Shown here: in pieces, positions 1 through 13,900 of the stretch | How positions within the stretch are numbered: position 1 is the first letter of the stretch | How the letters are laid out: each line of letters begins with the position of its first letter | NCBI RefSeq assembly: GCF_009834535.1 | Contig: NC_045696.1 | Span: 25,546,001 to 25,610,000, forward strand | Source of the DNA: Camelus ferus | Lineage: Eukaryota | Direction: 5' to 3' | Length of the DNA: 64,000 bases | Translations under genes and position numbers: made by a program | Notes under the pieces: model-generated | Seen by the model: only the letters and a program-made list of their open reading frames with translations | What the model was told of the DNA's origin: nothing | The model's database searches: none

Positions 1-281
1 GATTACATATGATCTTCCTTTCCCAAGAGCTTGTATAACTTTCTATCTGTATCATTCATTTGTAAACTTAACTATATGTGAATTTGCAACAGTATGTGGC
101 TGTGTCATGTATGGATATAATTATCAACTTGGTAGAAAATTCCTGATGGGCATAATTCAGGCCAATGATGAAGGGAAGAATCTTATAAATTCTCATTTAA
201 TAGATTTGTTTCTGCATATCAAATATCATCTAAATTGTACACTGTGATTCAGAATTTTAATGTTCTCATCAGTAAATTTAT

Positions 282-321
282 TTAAAGCCTTGTGGAGGAC
301 ATTAAAGCCTTGTGGAGGACA
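282..321. repeat. Perfect 20-bp tandem duplication
   Basis: TTAAAGCCTTGTGGAGGACA occurs twice back-to-back (282-301, 302-321). Confidence 0.95.
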
Positions 322-383
322 TAGTAGGCAGTAACATTTTAAATAACTGATTCTAAAATTTTTATTTTTAAATTAAAAATATG

Positions 384-678
384 ACAGACATAGAAAACAA
401 ACTTATGGTTACCAAAGCGGGGTGGGGATAAATTAGGAGTTTGAGATTAACAGATACACACTACTATATATAAAATAAACAACAAGGACCTACTGTATAA
501 CACAGGAAACTATATTCAATGCCTTGAATAATCTATAATGGAAAATAATCTGAAAATTAATATGTGTGTATATATATATACACATATATACATATATATG
601 TATATATATAACTGAATCACTTTACTGTACACCTGAAACTGAAACAACATTGTAAATCAACTATACTTCAATTAAAAA
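384..678 (+). mobile_element. 5'-truncated LINE-1 3' UTR, cetartiodactyl-type
   Basis: ACAGACATAGAAAACAAACTTATGGTTACCAAAG...AAGGACCTACTGTATA...ACTGAATCACTTT...CATTGTAAATCAACTATACTTCAATTAAAAA matches the known artiodactyl L1 3' end, with an internal TA-rich tract. Flanks share AATTAAAAA(T/C)ATG (371-383 and 670-682), consistent with a TSD. Confidence 0.85.
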
Positions 679-1230
679 CATGTATAAAACTTATTTGAAA
701 AGCATGGCAAAAAGAATATAAGAATATAATATTTAACAAGGAAAATTTGAATTTTGATTTGCTAATAAAAATGTACTTTGAAAAATGTTACAAATTGTAT
801 TAAGATCAAAATACCTTGCACAGAGTATTTTATGTGATGTGAGTTGAAGGTATACTTAACATTCTGTAAGTATCAATCATGTGGATTAAAATTGCTAATA
901 ACATATTTTTACTGTTACTTAATTTGAAAGTGAATTTTATTTCACCCAGACAAATATAAAATGTCTCTTAGAATGTAAAAAGTACATTTATTGTCCTTAC
1001 AGTAATTCACTTAAAAATACATCAGAAAAAATGAGTGAAACCAGCAGACACTGTAGTTCCAAATTTTCTGAGGTCAGTTTCTAACATTTGTAGATATATA
1101 TATTTAAAACATTAAAATAGTCACTTGTGAACAGATAGCTCAAGACTAGTCTAGGAATCCTGTTGTAAGTCCTTTGGAGCACTGCAGTCCCAGTGCGTGA
1201 GTATAGATGCACGTAACTGTCTTGCTCTTC

Positions 1231-1746
<516 letters not shown>

Positions 1747-2079
1747 TGTAACTGTCTCTTAAACAATGTCCTCCATACACCATCAAATGGGAGAAGACAG
1801 TAATATTAAAATGGGAGAATTTATGATTTCCCTAAATATATAGGACTCAGCTACTATGCTATCTAAATTTTGAGCTATTTTCCTTCAACTGTTTAGTTAT
1901 AAAAATGCTACAATAATCTTTAAGAATATTCAATTAATATGGTTACTCTTCTGTGTCAAATCCAAGTCACTGTTAAATTCAAAATCAACACAGCTTAACC
2001 AGGAACGTAGTCCAAAAAGTGAGACATATGATTCACTGCTAATCACAGTGATGACCAACATTCAGAAGTTGGCTTAATA

Positions 2080-2889
2080 ATTTTGAGGAATCTCCATACT
2101 GTTTTTCGTAGTGGTTGCACCAAACTACATTCCCATCATCAGCATAGGAAGGTTTCCTTTTCTCCACACCTTCTCCAGCATTTATCATTCATGGACTTTT
2201 GAATGATGGCCATACTGACTGGTGTGAGGTGATACCTTGTTGTAGTTTTGATTTGCATTTCTCTGGTAATTAGTGATATTCAGCATTTTTCCATGTGCCT
2301 ATTGGCCTTCTGTATGTCTTCACTGGAGAATTGCTTGTTTAGGTCTTCTGTTCAGTTTTGCATTGGGTTGTTTGTTTTTTTATTATTAAGTTGTATGAGC
2401 TGTTTATATATTCTGGAAATTAAGCCCTTGTCAGTCTCATCTTTTGCAAATATTTTCTCCCATTCCATAGGTTGTCTTTTTGTTTTCCTTATGGTTTCCT
2501 TTGCTATGCAAAAGCTTGTAAGTTTAATTAGATCCCATTTGTTTATTTTTGCTTTTATTTCTATTGCCTGGGTTAGACGGCCCTAGAAGAACATTGCTGA
2601 GATTTAGGTCAGATAATGTTTTGGCTATGTTTTCTTCTAAGAGGTTTATGGTGTCTTATATTTAAGTCTTGAAGCTATTTTGTGTTTATTTTTGTATATG
2701 GTGTGAGGGAGTATTCTAACTTCATTGATTTACATGCAACTGTCGAGTTTTCTCAACACCATTTGCTGAAGAGACTGTCTTTACTCATTGTATATTCTTG
2801 CCTCTTTTGTCAAAGACTAATTGACCAAAAATCTGTGGGTTTATTTCTGGGCTCTCTATTCTGTTCCATTGAACTCTATGTCTATTTTT
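2080..2889 (-). mobile_element. LINE-1 ORF2 C-terminal fragment, relatively young cetartiodactyl L1
   Basis: Minus-strand translation gives [28 protein letters not shown] and the region near [13 protein letters not shown], both typical of L1 ORF2p. Reading frames are disrupted. Confidence 0.92.
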
Positions 2890-3679
2890 AATCTGACTAA
2901 AAAATTCTTTATCCTCCACCTTTAGGTAGACCACAGGAGAATAAAAATAAAGGTTATGTTCTGAATAATGGAAAAACATGTAGATTTGTAATTGATGTTA
3001 TACACACATGTTCAGTAAAATATGAATATTGAAGAGAACTATACAAAAGTATAAGTAGTAAGCGTCCATATATTACAAATGGTTGATTATAACTTTTGTG
3101 TGCCATTTAGCTTAGTAGATATAACAAAAATTTCAGAGTTTATATTCTTACTCAAAAGTCAGGTAAAAGTCAAAAACAAAAGTTATCAGACAAATGTATG
3201 CTAATATTATTTTAATAAGTAATTGAACTTGAAATCAATCTCCCAACCATACTGATACAAAATTCTGAATCCTTAACACTCTTTGTTGATATTAAATGCT
3301 GACATTTAGTATAGGTGCAGATTTTGACAAGACTAATAATACTATTTATACATGTAATTATTTAAATTACCCATACTGCCTCAGTTTAATTGTGTTCACT
3401 AAATTTGCATGCATAATTTATGACATCAATGCTGTCAACCATCAATCTACATTTCAGACAGCAACACATCAACTAAATGACAGGGTAAAATGTTTGAGTT
3501 GATTCCAAAAAGATCTTCAACTTTTGAGGATAGGAGTTTGTATCATATTTACATGTACCAACAGGAAGTGTATTTTTGGTGAAATCTCTTCAGGACTCCT
3601 TCAAAAAGATAATAATTATGGTAATTCGAGGGGAAAAAGCCATTGAATAAAGACTGGTAGTTTCTTTTCTTTTTTCAGT

Positions 3680-4380
3680 AGTTTTCATTGAGATATAATA
3701 GTCTATTAGTTTCAGATATAAAAGATAATAATTTGATATAATTATATATATATATATAAATGATCACCAAAATAAGTCTGATTAACATCCATCACTACAC
3801 AGTTATACTTTTTGTTCTTGTGGTGAGAACTTTAGGATTAACTCTTCTAGCAACCTGCAAACATACAATACAGTATTATTAGCTACAGTCATGATGCTGA
3901 ACATTACATTACATTCCCAGGTCTTACTTATTGTATAGCTGGAAATTTGTACCTTCACGCATTTTGCCTACCCCCATCCCCTGCCTCTGGCAACTACCAA
4001 TCTGTACTCTGTATCTATGAGTTCAGAGATTTGTTTCATTTTGGTTGGGTTTGGTTTTGGTTTTAGATTTTACATGTAATTGAGATCATATAGTAAGTAT
4101 TTGTCTTTCTCTTTCTGACTTACTTACTTAGCATAATGCTCTTAAGAGTCATCCATGTTGTCACAAATGACAAGATCTCCTTTTTTATGACTGAATAATA
4201 TTCTAATGTGTATGTGTATATATATATGATAGCCATATGTCATATATATATATATATATATATGACATTTTCTTTATCCATTTATCTGTCAGTGGACACT
4301 TACGTGGATTCTATGGTCTTGGCTATCGTGTAATGCTGCAATGAACACAGGAATGCAGATATTCCTTTCCAGTTAGTATT
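3680..4380 (-). mobile_element. LINE-1 3' end, L1MA9-like
   Basis: AATAAGTCTGATTAACATCCATCAC...GTGAGAACTTT...TCTGACTTACTTACTTAGCATAATGC...CATCCATGTTGTCACAAATGACAAGATCTCC...ATGCTGCAATGAACA is the antisense of an L1MA 3' UTR/ORF2 end. Confidence 0.85.
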
Positions 4381-5437
4381 TTTGATATTTCTTATAGTTC
4401 TTTAGCTTATTATCCACTTTTACAGCAGTTATTGAAAATAGAGATGATTTATTTTTCCTATTCAATATCACTAACCTTCTGAATTCTATCTGCAAACTCC
4501 TCTGTGTCTCTGGACCTACGGTAAACAATTCCTGTCATCAGTAAGTCTTATATTTCAATCTATTTTGTCTTTCTTTTCTTTAAGAATCAAGCTATCAATT
4601 TATTCATTTCAGACATAAAATAAGCATTTACATTTTTCAGCATGTATACATCAGGCAAAATAGTTAGGAATATTTTCCCTAACCAAATAACGTAAAAAAT
4701 TTTTATTTTAATGTAACTTTCCTTTAATTTTATTTTTATTGTTTTAGCAGTGTACGTGTGACTGTGCATATTTGGAAATTGAAAGTGTTTTAGAATTCAT
4801 AGTATTAATCAAAATGCCAGGCCATATACTATAAGGATTTAGCAACCCAAATAGTGTTACTCAGATCTTGGTGCTCTGTGATATTCACGCTATATTTGCA
4901 TTTATTCATGGAGAATGTAGTAAACAGTTAATACTATAAAAAACATACCATAAAACACAGGAAATCATCACATTTTGAAGGCACAGATTAAGCCAAAATG
5001 AGAACATGTCTTTAAAAAAAACTGAGGCAAAGATGAAAGTACCTGTATACTTAAAGTAATTTTCCTTCCCCTACATCTCCTGTAACAAATTAAAATGTGC
5101 TTTCTCAGATGAAATAGAAAATGTGACCATCTAGTGTTAAATAAGATGTCAGGACATACCAGGTTAGGGTATTTTTTCCAGAACAGCTAATTTGTGCTTT
5201 TTAACCAGTTCCCCACTAGGCTCAAGACAGCACATTCCTAAACAGAGTGAAAAAAGATTTCATTCATATATATTAACTGTCCTGTTCATATTGAAGATTT
5301 GTTAAAGACATTCTTAACATGACTTTAGAGATCAAATGTAATTCTCAGGTAATAGCTTTGAGATATAAACAAGACAAACAATACATCAAAAATTTTATCA
5401 AAGTAGCAGAAACAGTCCTCCAGCTATTTAAACCTTC

Positions 5438-5705
5438 TGTATTAGTTTCCTATCACTAATTACCACAAAATGGGCCTAAAGTAGCACCCGCTGACGACCT
5501 CACGCTTCTGTAGCTCAGAAGTTCAAGTGCAGGTTCACAGAGTTTTCCACTCAAGCTGCCACACTGAAAATTTTCACCAGGTAGAGATTTGTTTTGGAGA
5601 CATTGGAAAAAATTCTCCTTCCATAGTCATTCAGGTGGTTGTCAGAATCTAGTTCCTTGTGTTTATTGGGTTGAGATCCGTATTTTTTTCCTGACTCTCA
5701 GCCAA
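5438..5705 (-). mobile_element. MaLR LTR fragment, MLT1E-like
   Basis: Begins TGTATTAGTTTCCTAT...TACCACAAAA and contains CATTCAGGTGGTTGTCAGAATCTAGTTCCTTGTG, resembling the MLT1D/E consensus. Confidence 0.7.
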
Positions 5706-7072
5706 GAAGGGGGAAAAAAAAAAGATGTGAAACTGTTTTACATACTTACTAATTCGATCAACAAATATTTATTGAGAAATGCCTGATACTAGTTATTATT
5801 CCTAGCAATGTAAACACACTAGCAAACACAGTCCCTGCTTTGAAAAGCTGTCTACTTTACACGTAAATCACAATTACTAATAATTATAATCAGTAAACTC
5901 AAATAGTGAAACAGCTGACCGTATTTCAACACACAATTATTGTGAAACCACCATGTGCCATTCACTGTGCTGGATGCTGAAAACATGATGGAAACATAAT
6001 TCAGGTCCTAACATTTTATAAAACAGAACCACGGCTATTTGACAGCAGCTCATCATCAAACTGAATAATATCTTTTATTTTTATGTGTAACATTAAGAAT
6101 GTTCTTAATCCCACCTTTCTTTCCAAAGCTGGTGGCTGTAATCACTGCTAGAAGGAGATGGGCTTATGACCGAGAGGACCGGAGAATACTCCAAGCATGC
6201 CTAAAACATGAGATCATCAGTTCAGATCCAAGGGCAGGCATTTAATGTGTCAGGATCTTGATGGCATCTCCAGGAAATTGAAACGCAATTTTTTCCATAC
6301 TAAATAATCTGATCAGATAACTGAATATACTGTTAATCACCTTGAAATGGATGAGCCTAACGTGCAAATTATATAGGCAAGAGTTAATGATCAGTGCATT
6401 GGCTTACTAATGATTTTCAGAAATTAAATGGTTTCAGGATTTTTCAGAATTAAAACAATTATTTGGATATTATGATGAATTAATGTACTTTATTGTGTGA
6501 TATTCTTTCAGAAACAATACTGAAGACTGTATTTAAAGAAGTAAACATGAATTAGAGAATTTAAAAGTATACTGGAGTCACTCAACTATTTCTGTATTTA
6601 TGGCAGCTTAATATCTGCTTTTCATATTTTCTAAAGATATTTTACCAAATATTTCAAATTATTTTTGAAAGCAAGGATATAGTGGCGACTATTGTAATTT
6701 GTAATACATAACAATAAGAGGAATAGAACTCAGAGATTAAACTCTCATTTTTCATAAAAGTAAAACTTTTTAACAAAGAAAAGGATGAGAAGAAATGATA
6801 CAAATATTCTTTAAAAAGTAGCCTATTATCATAGAATAAAGTGCATTGTAAACATTTTATCAGAAATCTTATAGTAATAGTTTCATCTTATTGAATCGGT
6901 TAAGGTTAGAGTAAGGACACTACTTAAGAACCAGTGCGAGAATACTTCAGAAGCTCCAGCTCTCTTTCCTCAGAAGAATAAGCTAAGATGTTGTGGCTCT
7001 TCTTCAAAGGTTGCAGAGCTAGTTGAGAGTAGGATCAGATCCAAACCTGGTTTCTCTCTATATCATGCCTTG

Positions 7073-7091
7073 CTCTCTCTCTCTCTCTCTC
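7073..7091. repeat. (CT)n microsatellite
   Basis: About 9 CT units seen directly. Confidence 0.9.
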
Positions 7092-7299
7092 AAAAAGTAA
7101 GAATTTGAACAAAATCACAGGAAACAGTTTAGGACTGGTGATGAATTATAATCCATCCTTTGGATTTAAATTCTTGTCATCTTTTTGAGTCATTAGAAGG
7201 AAAAGGAAAGAAAAAAGGTGGGAATAAACCGATACTAATACAGTGACCAATATTTAACTCTCTAAATCGATACTCCCATATTTAACATAATTCCTAAAG

Positions 7300-7530
7300 G
7301 GTCCTACCCAAAACATTATCATCAACCATTCCCCTGTCCACTTTCTATCCCCTTATTTTGCTTTACTTTTATTCATAATTATTAATTGGTTTATTTTGGT
7401 GATTTTTTCCTACCCCTCCACTACCATTAGAATATAATCTCCATGAGGGCAGAACAGTGCTTAGTACAGATTTGGAGCTCAGTGAATAAATACATATATA
7501 AGTTTTAGTTACTTGTTGAGTGAATAACTG
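7300..7530 (+). mobile_element. L2 3' end fragment
   Basis: CCATTAGAATATAATCTCCATGAGGGCAG...ACTTGTTGAGTGAATAA resembles the L2 terminus. Confidence 0.6.
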
Positions 7531-8924
7531 ATATTGCTTTGTGGTGGACATTGTTCACTCACTTTTACAAATAAAAACCCAGAGAACCTGGGTTTCTTGT
7601 GTCATATCACAGCTAAAAAGTGGCTGGGCATTTTTTAATGGAAAAAAACTCACAGAATAATAGTTATAATATTATCCCACTTATGTGGGGAAATATACAG
7701 TTATATTTATATATATAGAAAAAGAATATATATCTTTCCTATATAGGAAAGATATATAAAAATTGAGAAGTGATTTAGATGTATTATTATTTTTGTGCAA
7801 ATATAAAGTTTTCACAAAAGTGTATTTAAACTCTTGTAATTAATAAAATGATAGTATTCATTTCAAGATTTACATTTACACCTATGTGAAGTCAACCTCT
7901 GTGTTTTCCAGTAGTGAGGGAGCTAAGGACTGTTAAGAACAGATCATTCAATGACAATATATGATGAGTGTATAAAATTATGTAATATTTTGTTAACAAC
8001 ATTTCCACAAAATGAGTGTTTTAAACCTGAACAACATTTATGATTATGCATGGAATAACAAGTATGCTTAGTTTAATAAAACTCACATATCATACGTAAA
8101 GGCCAAGACCACTGATAAACATTTCCTTGTAAAAGTATATGTATAATTATGAATGCAAGAATTTCAAACATGAGTCAAAATAGAATGTTGCTGCAGGTAT
8201 GGGCATTATTAGCATAAAGGTACCCAAAGAAACATATTGCACAAGTATCTTGGGAGGCTACATCCCTTCAAGCTTGGACAGTCCCTTTAAAATTCAGCAG
8301 TTCAATACCAACCCTTCCTCCAAATGTCTCTGAGCCATGTAGTCCATTCATCTCTGAATGTTTAATAAATACATAAAACCACAAAGGCACTGTGTTCTGT
8401 AATTATGAGGAGGCAGCTCGCGTTGGTAATCAGCATTAACATGCTGGCTGCTTTAATATACACAAAGCTGGCCTTCAGAGCCAAAGCATAGGCTCTGGTA
8501 GAGAATGTGTTTTTTTCCTTGAAAGTGTGTTAAGAATGAAAGAAGCATCATTTCAAGATTAAAAGGAGAGAAAAGTAAGGCCCTGTTATAATGAGTATTT
8601 ACATAGAGAAGGCAACTACAAACCCAAGAATAAATTGAAAAGCTCACATTTGTTTTTAATTGTTCTCTTTTAGAATGATACAGTTTTAATATCCTTACAG
8701 AGTATTCTGTTACCAATAAGCTTAGGGGGAAAACAGATTAAAATGGGACAATACTAAGAATGTTATTGCATAATTATGATCAGTTGTACCAATATCCCTG
8801 TAAGTAATAAGAAAAAAAGGTATGTTAAACAATATTGTTAAACTAATGATGAAGAGCAGGCCATCTAGAAATTAGGAAAGATATTCAAGACTCTAATGAC
8901 AGGCACTTTGAGCAGCTGGAAAGA

Positions 8925-9040
8925 CTGGAGAAATTTGGCATCAAATAGAACTGGTTCTGACATTTACTCATTAGACAAGTATGAGATGAATCCTTCAACT
9001 CTCTGAGCCTTGGATCCTTCATTTGTAAAATGTAGGTAAA
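8925..9040 (+). mobile_element. MIR SINE fragment
   Basis: AACTCTCTGAGCCTTGGATCCTTCATTTGTAAAATG is the MIR core. Confidence 0.7.
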
Positions 9041-9464
9041 GATCACAAGCTGAGAAAACACAGATGGTCCTCAAAATACATTTTTCCCTCATTCTTACTC
9101 AAACTTGACTTAAACTACTAGGCCATCAATGATGGATTTTGATGGCAGAGTTCTGGTGCCCCTCAGTCCTCCTGGATTAAATGCTCTACTTATACAAAAG
9201 GAAGATACAACCTATTTGCCCGTTCACAGTGATGGCCCATTAATAAAGATGGTATAGGAGACATTGATCTTAACAACTACTATCATAATGTCAAATATCG
9301 TAGAATAGCAAAGCTCTGTTTACAGCTTTATTGACATATATAAGAAGCATTGCTCTGGATAAAAAGTGCTTACAGCAATTTGTCAATTTGGAAGTGATTT
9401 TGTCTGTATTGTTTTATTAGTGGGATAAATATTTATTCTAAAATTCTTATTGAAATATCTGAGC

Positions 9465-10285
9465 CATTCAACAAATGGTACTGGAATAATTGGACACCCG
9501 TAGGAAAAAAAAATAAATTCGACCTAAACCTCACACTTTATACAAACAGTGAGTAAAAATAGATCAAAGACTTAAGTGAAAATATAAAACTGTTAAAATT
9601 TTAGGGAAAAACAAAGGAGAAAATTTTCAAGATCTAGGGTTAGGCAAAGAGTGCTTTAGAATTGAAACAAAAATAATCTATAAAAGGAAGTAATAATAAA
9701 TTGGACCACACTGAAACTTCTGCTCTGCAGAAGAGCATGTGAAGAGAATGAAAAGAAAAGCTAGAGATTGGGAGAAAATATTTGCAAACCACACAGCTAA
9801 CAAATGTGTAGTGTCTAGGATACATAAAAAACTCTCAAAACTCAAGTTTTAAAAAAAAAATCTAATTAGAAAATCGGCAAAAAGCATGAGCAAATATTTC
9901 ACAGAAGAGTATATACAAGTAATAAACACATGAAAAGATATTCAACTTCCTCAGTCATTAGAGAAATGCAGCTTAAAAACATGCGGTGTCACTACACACC
10001 TACCACAGCAGCTAAAATAAAAAAATAGAGAACACTAAGTGTCTGCAAGGATGTGGAGAAATTGAATTATACATGCTTTGTTGTTGAGAATGGAAAAATA
10101 GTACAGCTACTTTGTAAGACATTTGACAGGTTTTTCATAAAATTACACATGCAATTACCAATTATCACATGACCAAACTGTTGCAATTCTGAGCATTTGT
10201 CCCAGAGAAATGAAAACCTGTATTCACATAAAAACTTGCTCACGGATGTTTATAGCAGTTTTATGCATAATAGCTAAAAAGCTAG
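9465..10285 (+). mobile_element. Old LINE-1 (L1MB/L1MC-like) ORF2 3' fragment
   Basis: TTCAACAAATGGTACTGGAATAATTGG...TGGGAGAAAATATTTGCAAACCACAC...CATTAGAGAAATGCA...CCCAGAGAAATGAAAAC follows L1 ORF2 consensus order. Confidence 0.85.
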
Positions 10286-10649
10286 CCCAGTTAGACTGAT
10301 TAAAATATCTGAGTGGATTTAAAACTTTTCGAATGGCCACACTATGCATTTTCAATAGTGGAGCAAATCTTTCTAAAATATTTATATACAAAGTTTACAG
10401 GTGCTCTGTTTTTATCTTCTTTAATATTTTTATCAAAGATTCAGAGGAAGACAAGTAAGATGGAGATAAAATATGTAGATTAAACCAAATTCTTAGAGAA
10501 TAACCCTCAACTCAGAGTTAGGATTCAAATAAATCCAGGATTGCATGGTTCTGATAGCTTCTTTAACTATATTTTAAATATCCTTGGTAAGAAGAATCAA
10601 GCATCAAAACCAAGATGAAATTGAGCTGGAAAAAATTTAAGCTTTTTCA

Positions 10650-11218
10650 TGGAACTGTCAAAAATAAGTAATTAGCCATGTGAGAAGCCCTAGAGTTTTT
10701 AGTTGTATACAAGTTGTGCATGAGGTCTAATTTGGATGTTCTAATATGCATCTAATAAGAATCCTTCCACAGAAGAGTCCCATGGGCAGATCTGAGTATC
10801 ACACATTAAGGGTGAGACTATAATAACAGATTGCCCAGAAAAGAGAACCAGGAATAACAAAATGTTTGTAAATCACAGAAACAGCCGAGGAAATTGGGAT
10901 TACTTAGCACAAGGAATTAAAGAATCATGGGAGATAAGCTAGTTATCTGCAAATATTTAAAGAGCTATCATATTCTTGTGAAAGTAGATGTTTTTATCTT
11001 TTTGCTTGGGAGGGGCAGGTAGCAGAAAAACACAAATTGGAAGATTTAGTTTGGTTCACTACAAAGAACTTTATCTTAATGAGGACTATCCAGCAATGGA
11101 GTGGAGGGTTTGTGTAAGTAAGATCATTGTCTTTCAAGGGCACTGTAGACAGGATTCCATTATTTGGAGGGAGGTTGGACGAGATATCTTCTAAGAGTCT
11201 TTCCAACACAGTCATTTA
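10650..11218 (+). mobile_element. L3 (CR1) LINE 3' end
   Basis: GGGAGATAAGCTAGTTATCTGCAAATATTTAAAGAGCTATCAT...GGGAGGTTGGACGAGATATCTTCTAAGAGTCTTTCCAAC matches the L3 3' terminus. Confidence 0.7.
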
Positions 11219-12634
11219 ATCACTAGGATATATTGTATACGTGGTCTATAAATTTTGTGCCTTGTGGCAGAATATAAGTTTTCTAGAAAAGAGGGGAAGC
11301 CATTCTACAAAAGAAATAATAGGATTTCTTGATTAAAAAAAAAAAAAGACAATCTTTTTCCTCTGTACATAACCTGGGTTAGCACTAATTGCTTTATTAT
11401 GCTGTATGACCTAATTTTGCCCTAGATCTATAGAAATATCCCCTGGCACACTGGGGATCCGTTTTTAGAAACTAGAATTTAAATGATAAACACACTGTAA
11501 AATCATTGCAAAAACTATGGTCAAGCCAGAACAAAACACAGAAATGATTGATGGAGGAACATTTTTTATGGTGTGTGTTTTCTCCATGGTATTTGCTATA
11601 AAACACCCAAGATTCCACTGAAGGTTTCTAAGCTCTGTGGAATAGAAATAGATTGATAGCATCTTCAGCCTCTTGATAAAAGGAGGGCAACCTAAATGTA
11701 ATTATTTCAAAAGTCTCTTGGGAACAGAGAGATATGTCTCCAATGGCGTATTACCTAAAATAAAGTCAGACATACCTTGGGAAAAGCAGTAGTGACTTCT
11801 TTTGCTCTTACAGTAGTATTAACTTGTTCTTGTTTTTGTCTCTGCCTCTGTGTCTTGATGTCTCTCCTTTTTTACTTATTTCTTTTTTAAACTAAAATAA
11901 AATTATAGAGACAGGGAAGGGAGGGAGGGAAGAAGAAAGCAATCAGGAGATTAAGCAAAGCTTAATCTCAAATTTCATATGATAATATTGACTACTTTTG
12001 AGGGGTCTCATTCTGTGATACTGGGCTCTTTCATATGCTAAAGAAATAAGTATTATATTTCAATAAGAATTGTCTGATGTATATTTTATGTTCTTATCTT
12101 CAATGTATTTTCCTTTGTTTTACATATGATGCTAAATGTGGACTAAATATAGTTTCATTTAAGTATGATTAAAAACCAAGTAAATCATTGATAGTTTAGA
12201 AATTCTGTGAATTTGCATTCCTTTTCACTTTTAATGTGACCTATTAATGCCTAGCCTTTCAAAAGAAAAATTTCTTGGACAACTACCCCAATATTTTGTT
12301 TAGTGTACTGTAATAAATACTTTATCTTACAAAATTAAAAATAATATTTAATGCTGAATGACCCATTGTTCATAAGATTTTATTCTGTAATTGTACTAAA
12401 ATGGTGAGTTTTAATGTCAAAAATATTTTTCTAGATGTGCAGTATTCCTCAATATGACCCACTAAGAATGTTTCTCTTCCTGATTCACACTTTATCCCAT
12501 GCAGTACATGATTGGATGATCTGTTTTGTTCTGTTCAAATTCTGTCCACTGCATTGTAGAAAATTTCTTGAGCTTTTAACAGTCACAGAACTTATTTCCC
12601 AGAATTGGTGATGACATCATGAACCAGTAAATGT

Positions 12635-13900
12635 TAGAAGTCATCTTGACATCTCCCTCTCTCTCACCAAGCCTGAAACATTTGTGATGAGCAAATATTG
12701 ATGCTATCTTCTAAAAATCTTTTAAATCTGTTCCCTTTCCATCCGCACAGGGCAGCTCAGCTGTGACCCTCAACATTTCTCACTAAGATTATAAACCTAT
12801 TCTTCTGTTTTTCTTGCTTCCAGCTATTTCCTGCTCTGTCAAACTCCTTACAAATCCACAGAGCTGTCAAAGTGATTCTCTTTAAAGAGAAAGGCCCTGT
12901 TTACAAATCCTCAATAGGGTTCTACAGACTTCTGGATAAAATTCAAATATCTTAAAAAGTTATTAATGCTATATCAAAATCCAATTTCTATGTACTCCCT
13001 CAATCTACTGTCTTGTCACGCTGCCGTATGGATGCTACTTGCTCAGCTAATAAATCTGCAATTAGTACCATCCGTTCTCGTCCCTCTTTGACGTGGACAA
13101 TGATTCTTTGACTTGGAATGTGATACCATTCTGCCAACCTTCCCATACTTTGAGTGGGGAGAGAAGAACAGCATTATGGAGGCCAAGAACTTAGCAAAAA
13201 GCTTCAGATTGGGAGTGGAGGACAGAATGAAAATAGCACATAGTGGAAGGGTATTTGCCTCTGCTAATCTCTGCTGCCCCCTGCATCCTTGGCCACACAC
13301 ACAACTATCGCACTCTCAAGCCCTGGAACTCCAGACCAGTGGTTGTCATTTGGGGTGGTATTGCCTCCCACTGGACATTTGACAGAGCATGGAGTCATTT
13401 TTGTTTTTCACAACTTGGGGATGGGGGTGCTACTGGCATCTAGTGGGTAGAGGTCAGGGATGCTGCTAAACACTCTAAATGCACAGGGCAGAGCATGGCA
13501 CACACCTTCTTTATTCCAGTCCTTTGCAAATGCTTTTGTATGTCTGAAACTTCCTCCCCCCTCCTTCTCTCTCACTTTCTCTACCTCTCTCCCCTCATTC
13601 CCACTCTGAAGGTTAGTATGGTGAAATAACCATTAATTCTTACTTCTGATTATCTCGGTGTAAATATTACTCTCTTTAGGAAGCCTATTCTGATTCTTGC
13701 CTGTCTGTAGTAAGTGTCTTTGATAATATGTACTCACAGCACTCCCTTCCTCCCACAGTCACACACTTGTTATAAATATTTCAAAATTGTAGATATCTTT
13801 TTGTGTCTTTTTTTTTTTCATGGTTAAAGAGCAAGCTCCCTAAGGACAGAGACCAAGTCTGTAATGTTCACTATGATATGCCCTATGCTCAGAGCATGCA
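12635..13900 (+). mobile_element. Degraded L2 element interrupted by MER20 and an unknown insert
   Basis: Pyrimidine-rich L2 motifs appear in order: CATCTTGACATCTCCCTCTCTCTCA, GGATAAAATTCAAAT, CCTTTGCAAATGCT, AGCTCCCTAAGGACAGAGACC. Confidence 0.7.
13337..13491 (+). mobile_element. MER20 hAT DNA transposon (partial)
   Basis: CAGTGGTTGTCA...GGGGTGCTACTGGCATCTAGTGGGTAGAGGTCAGGGATGCTGCTAAACAC is the characteristic MER20 core. Confidence 0.9.

Noticed and set aside
2248..2891. Hydrophobic plus-strand ORFs of 112 and 69 aa
   Set aside because: They are antisense translations of L1 ORF2, a common artefact.
6100..6290. Plus-strand acceptor-like CCCACCTTTCTTTCCAAAG
   Set aside because: There is no matching donor and the downstream frames are uninformative.
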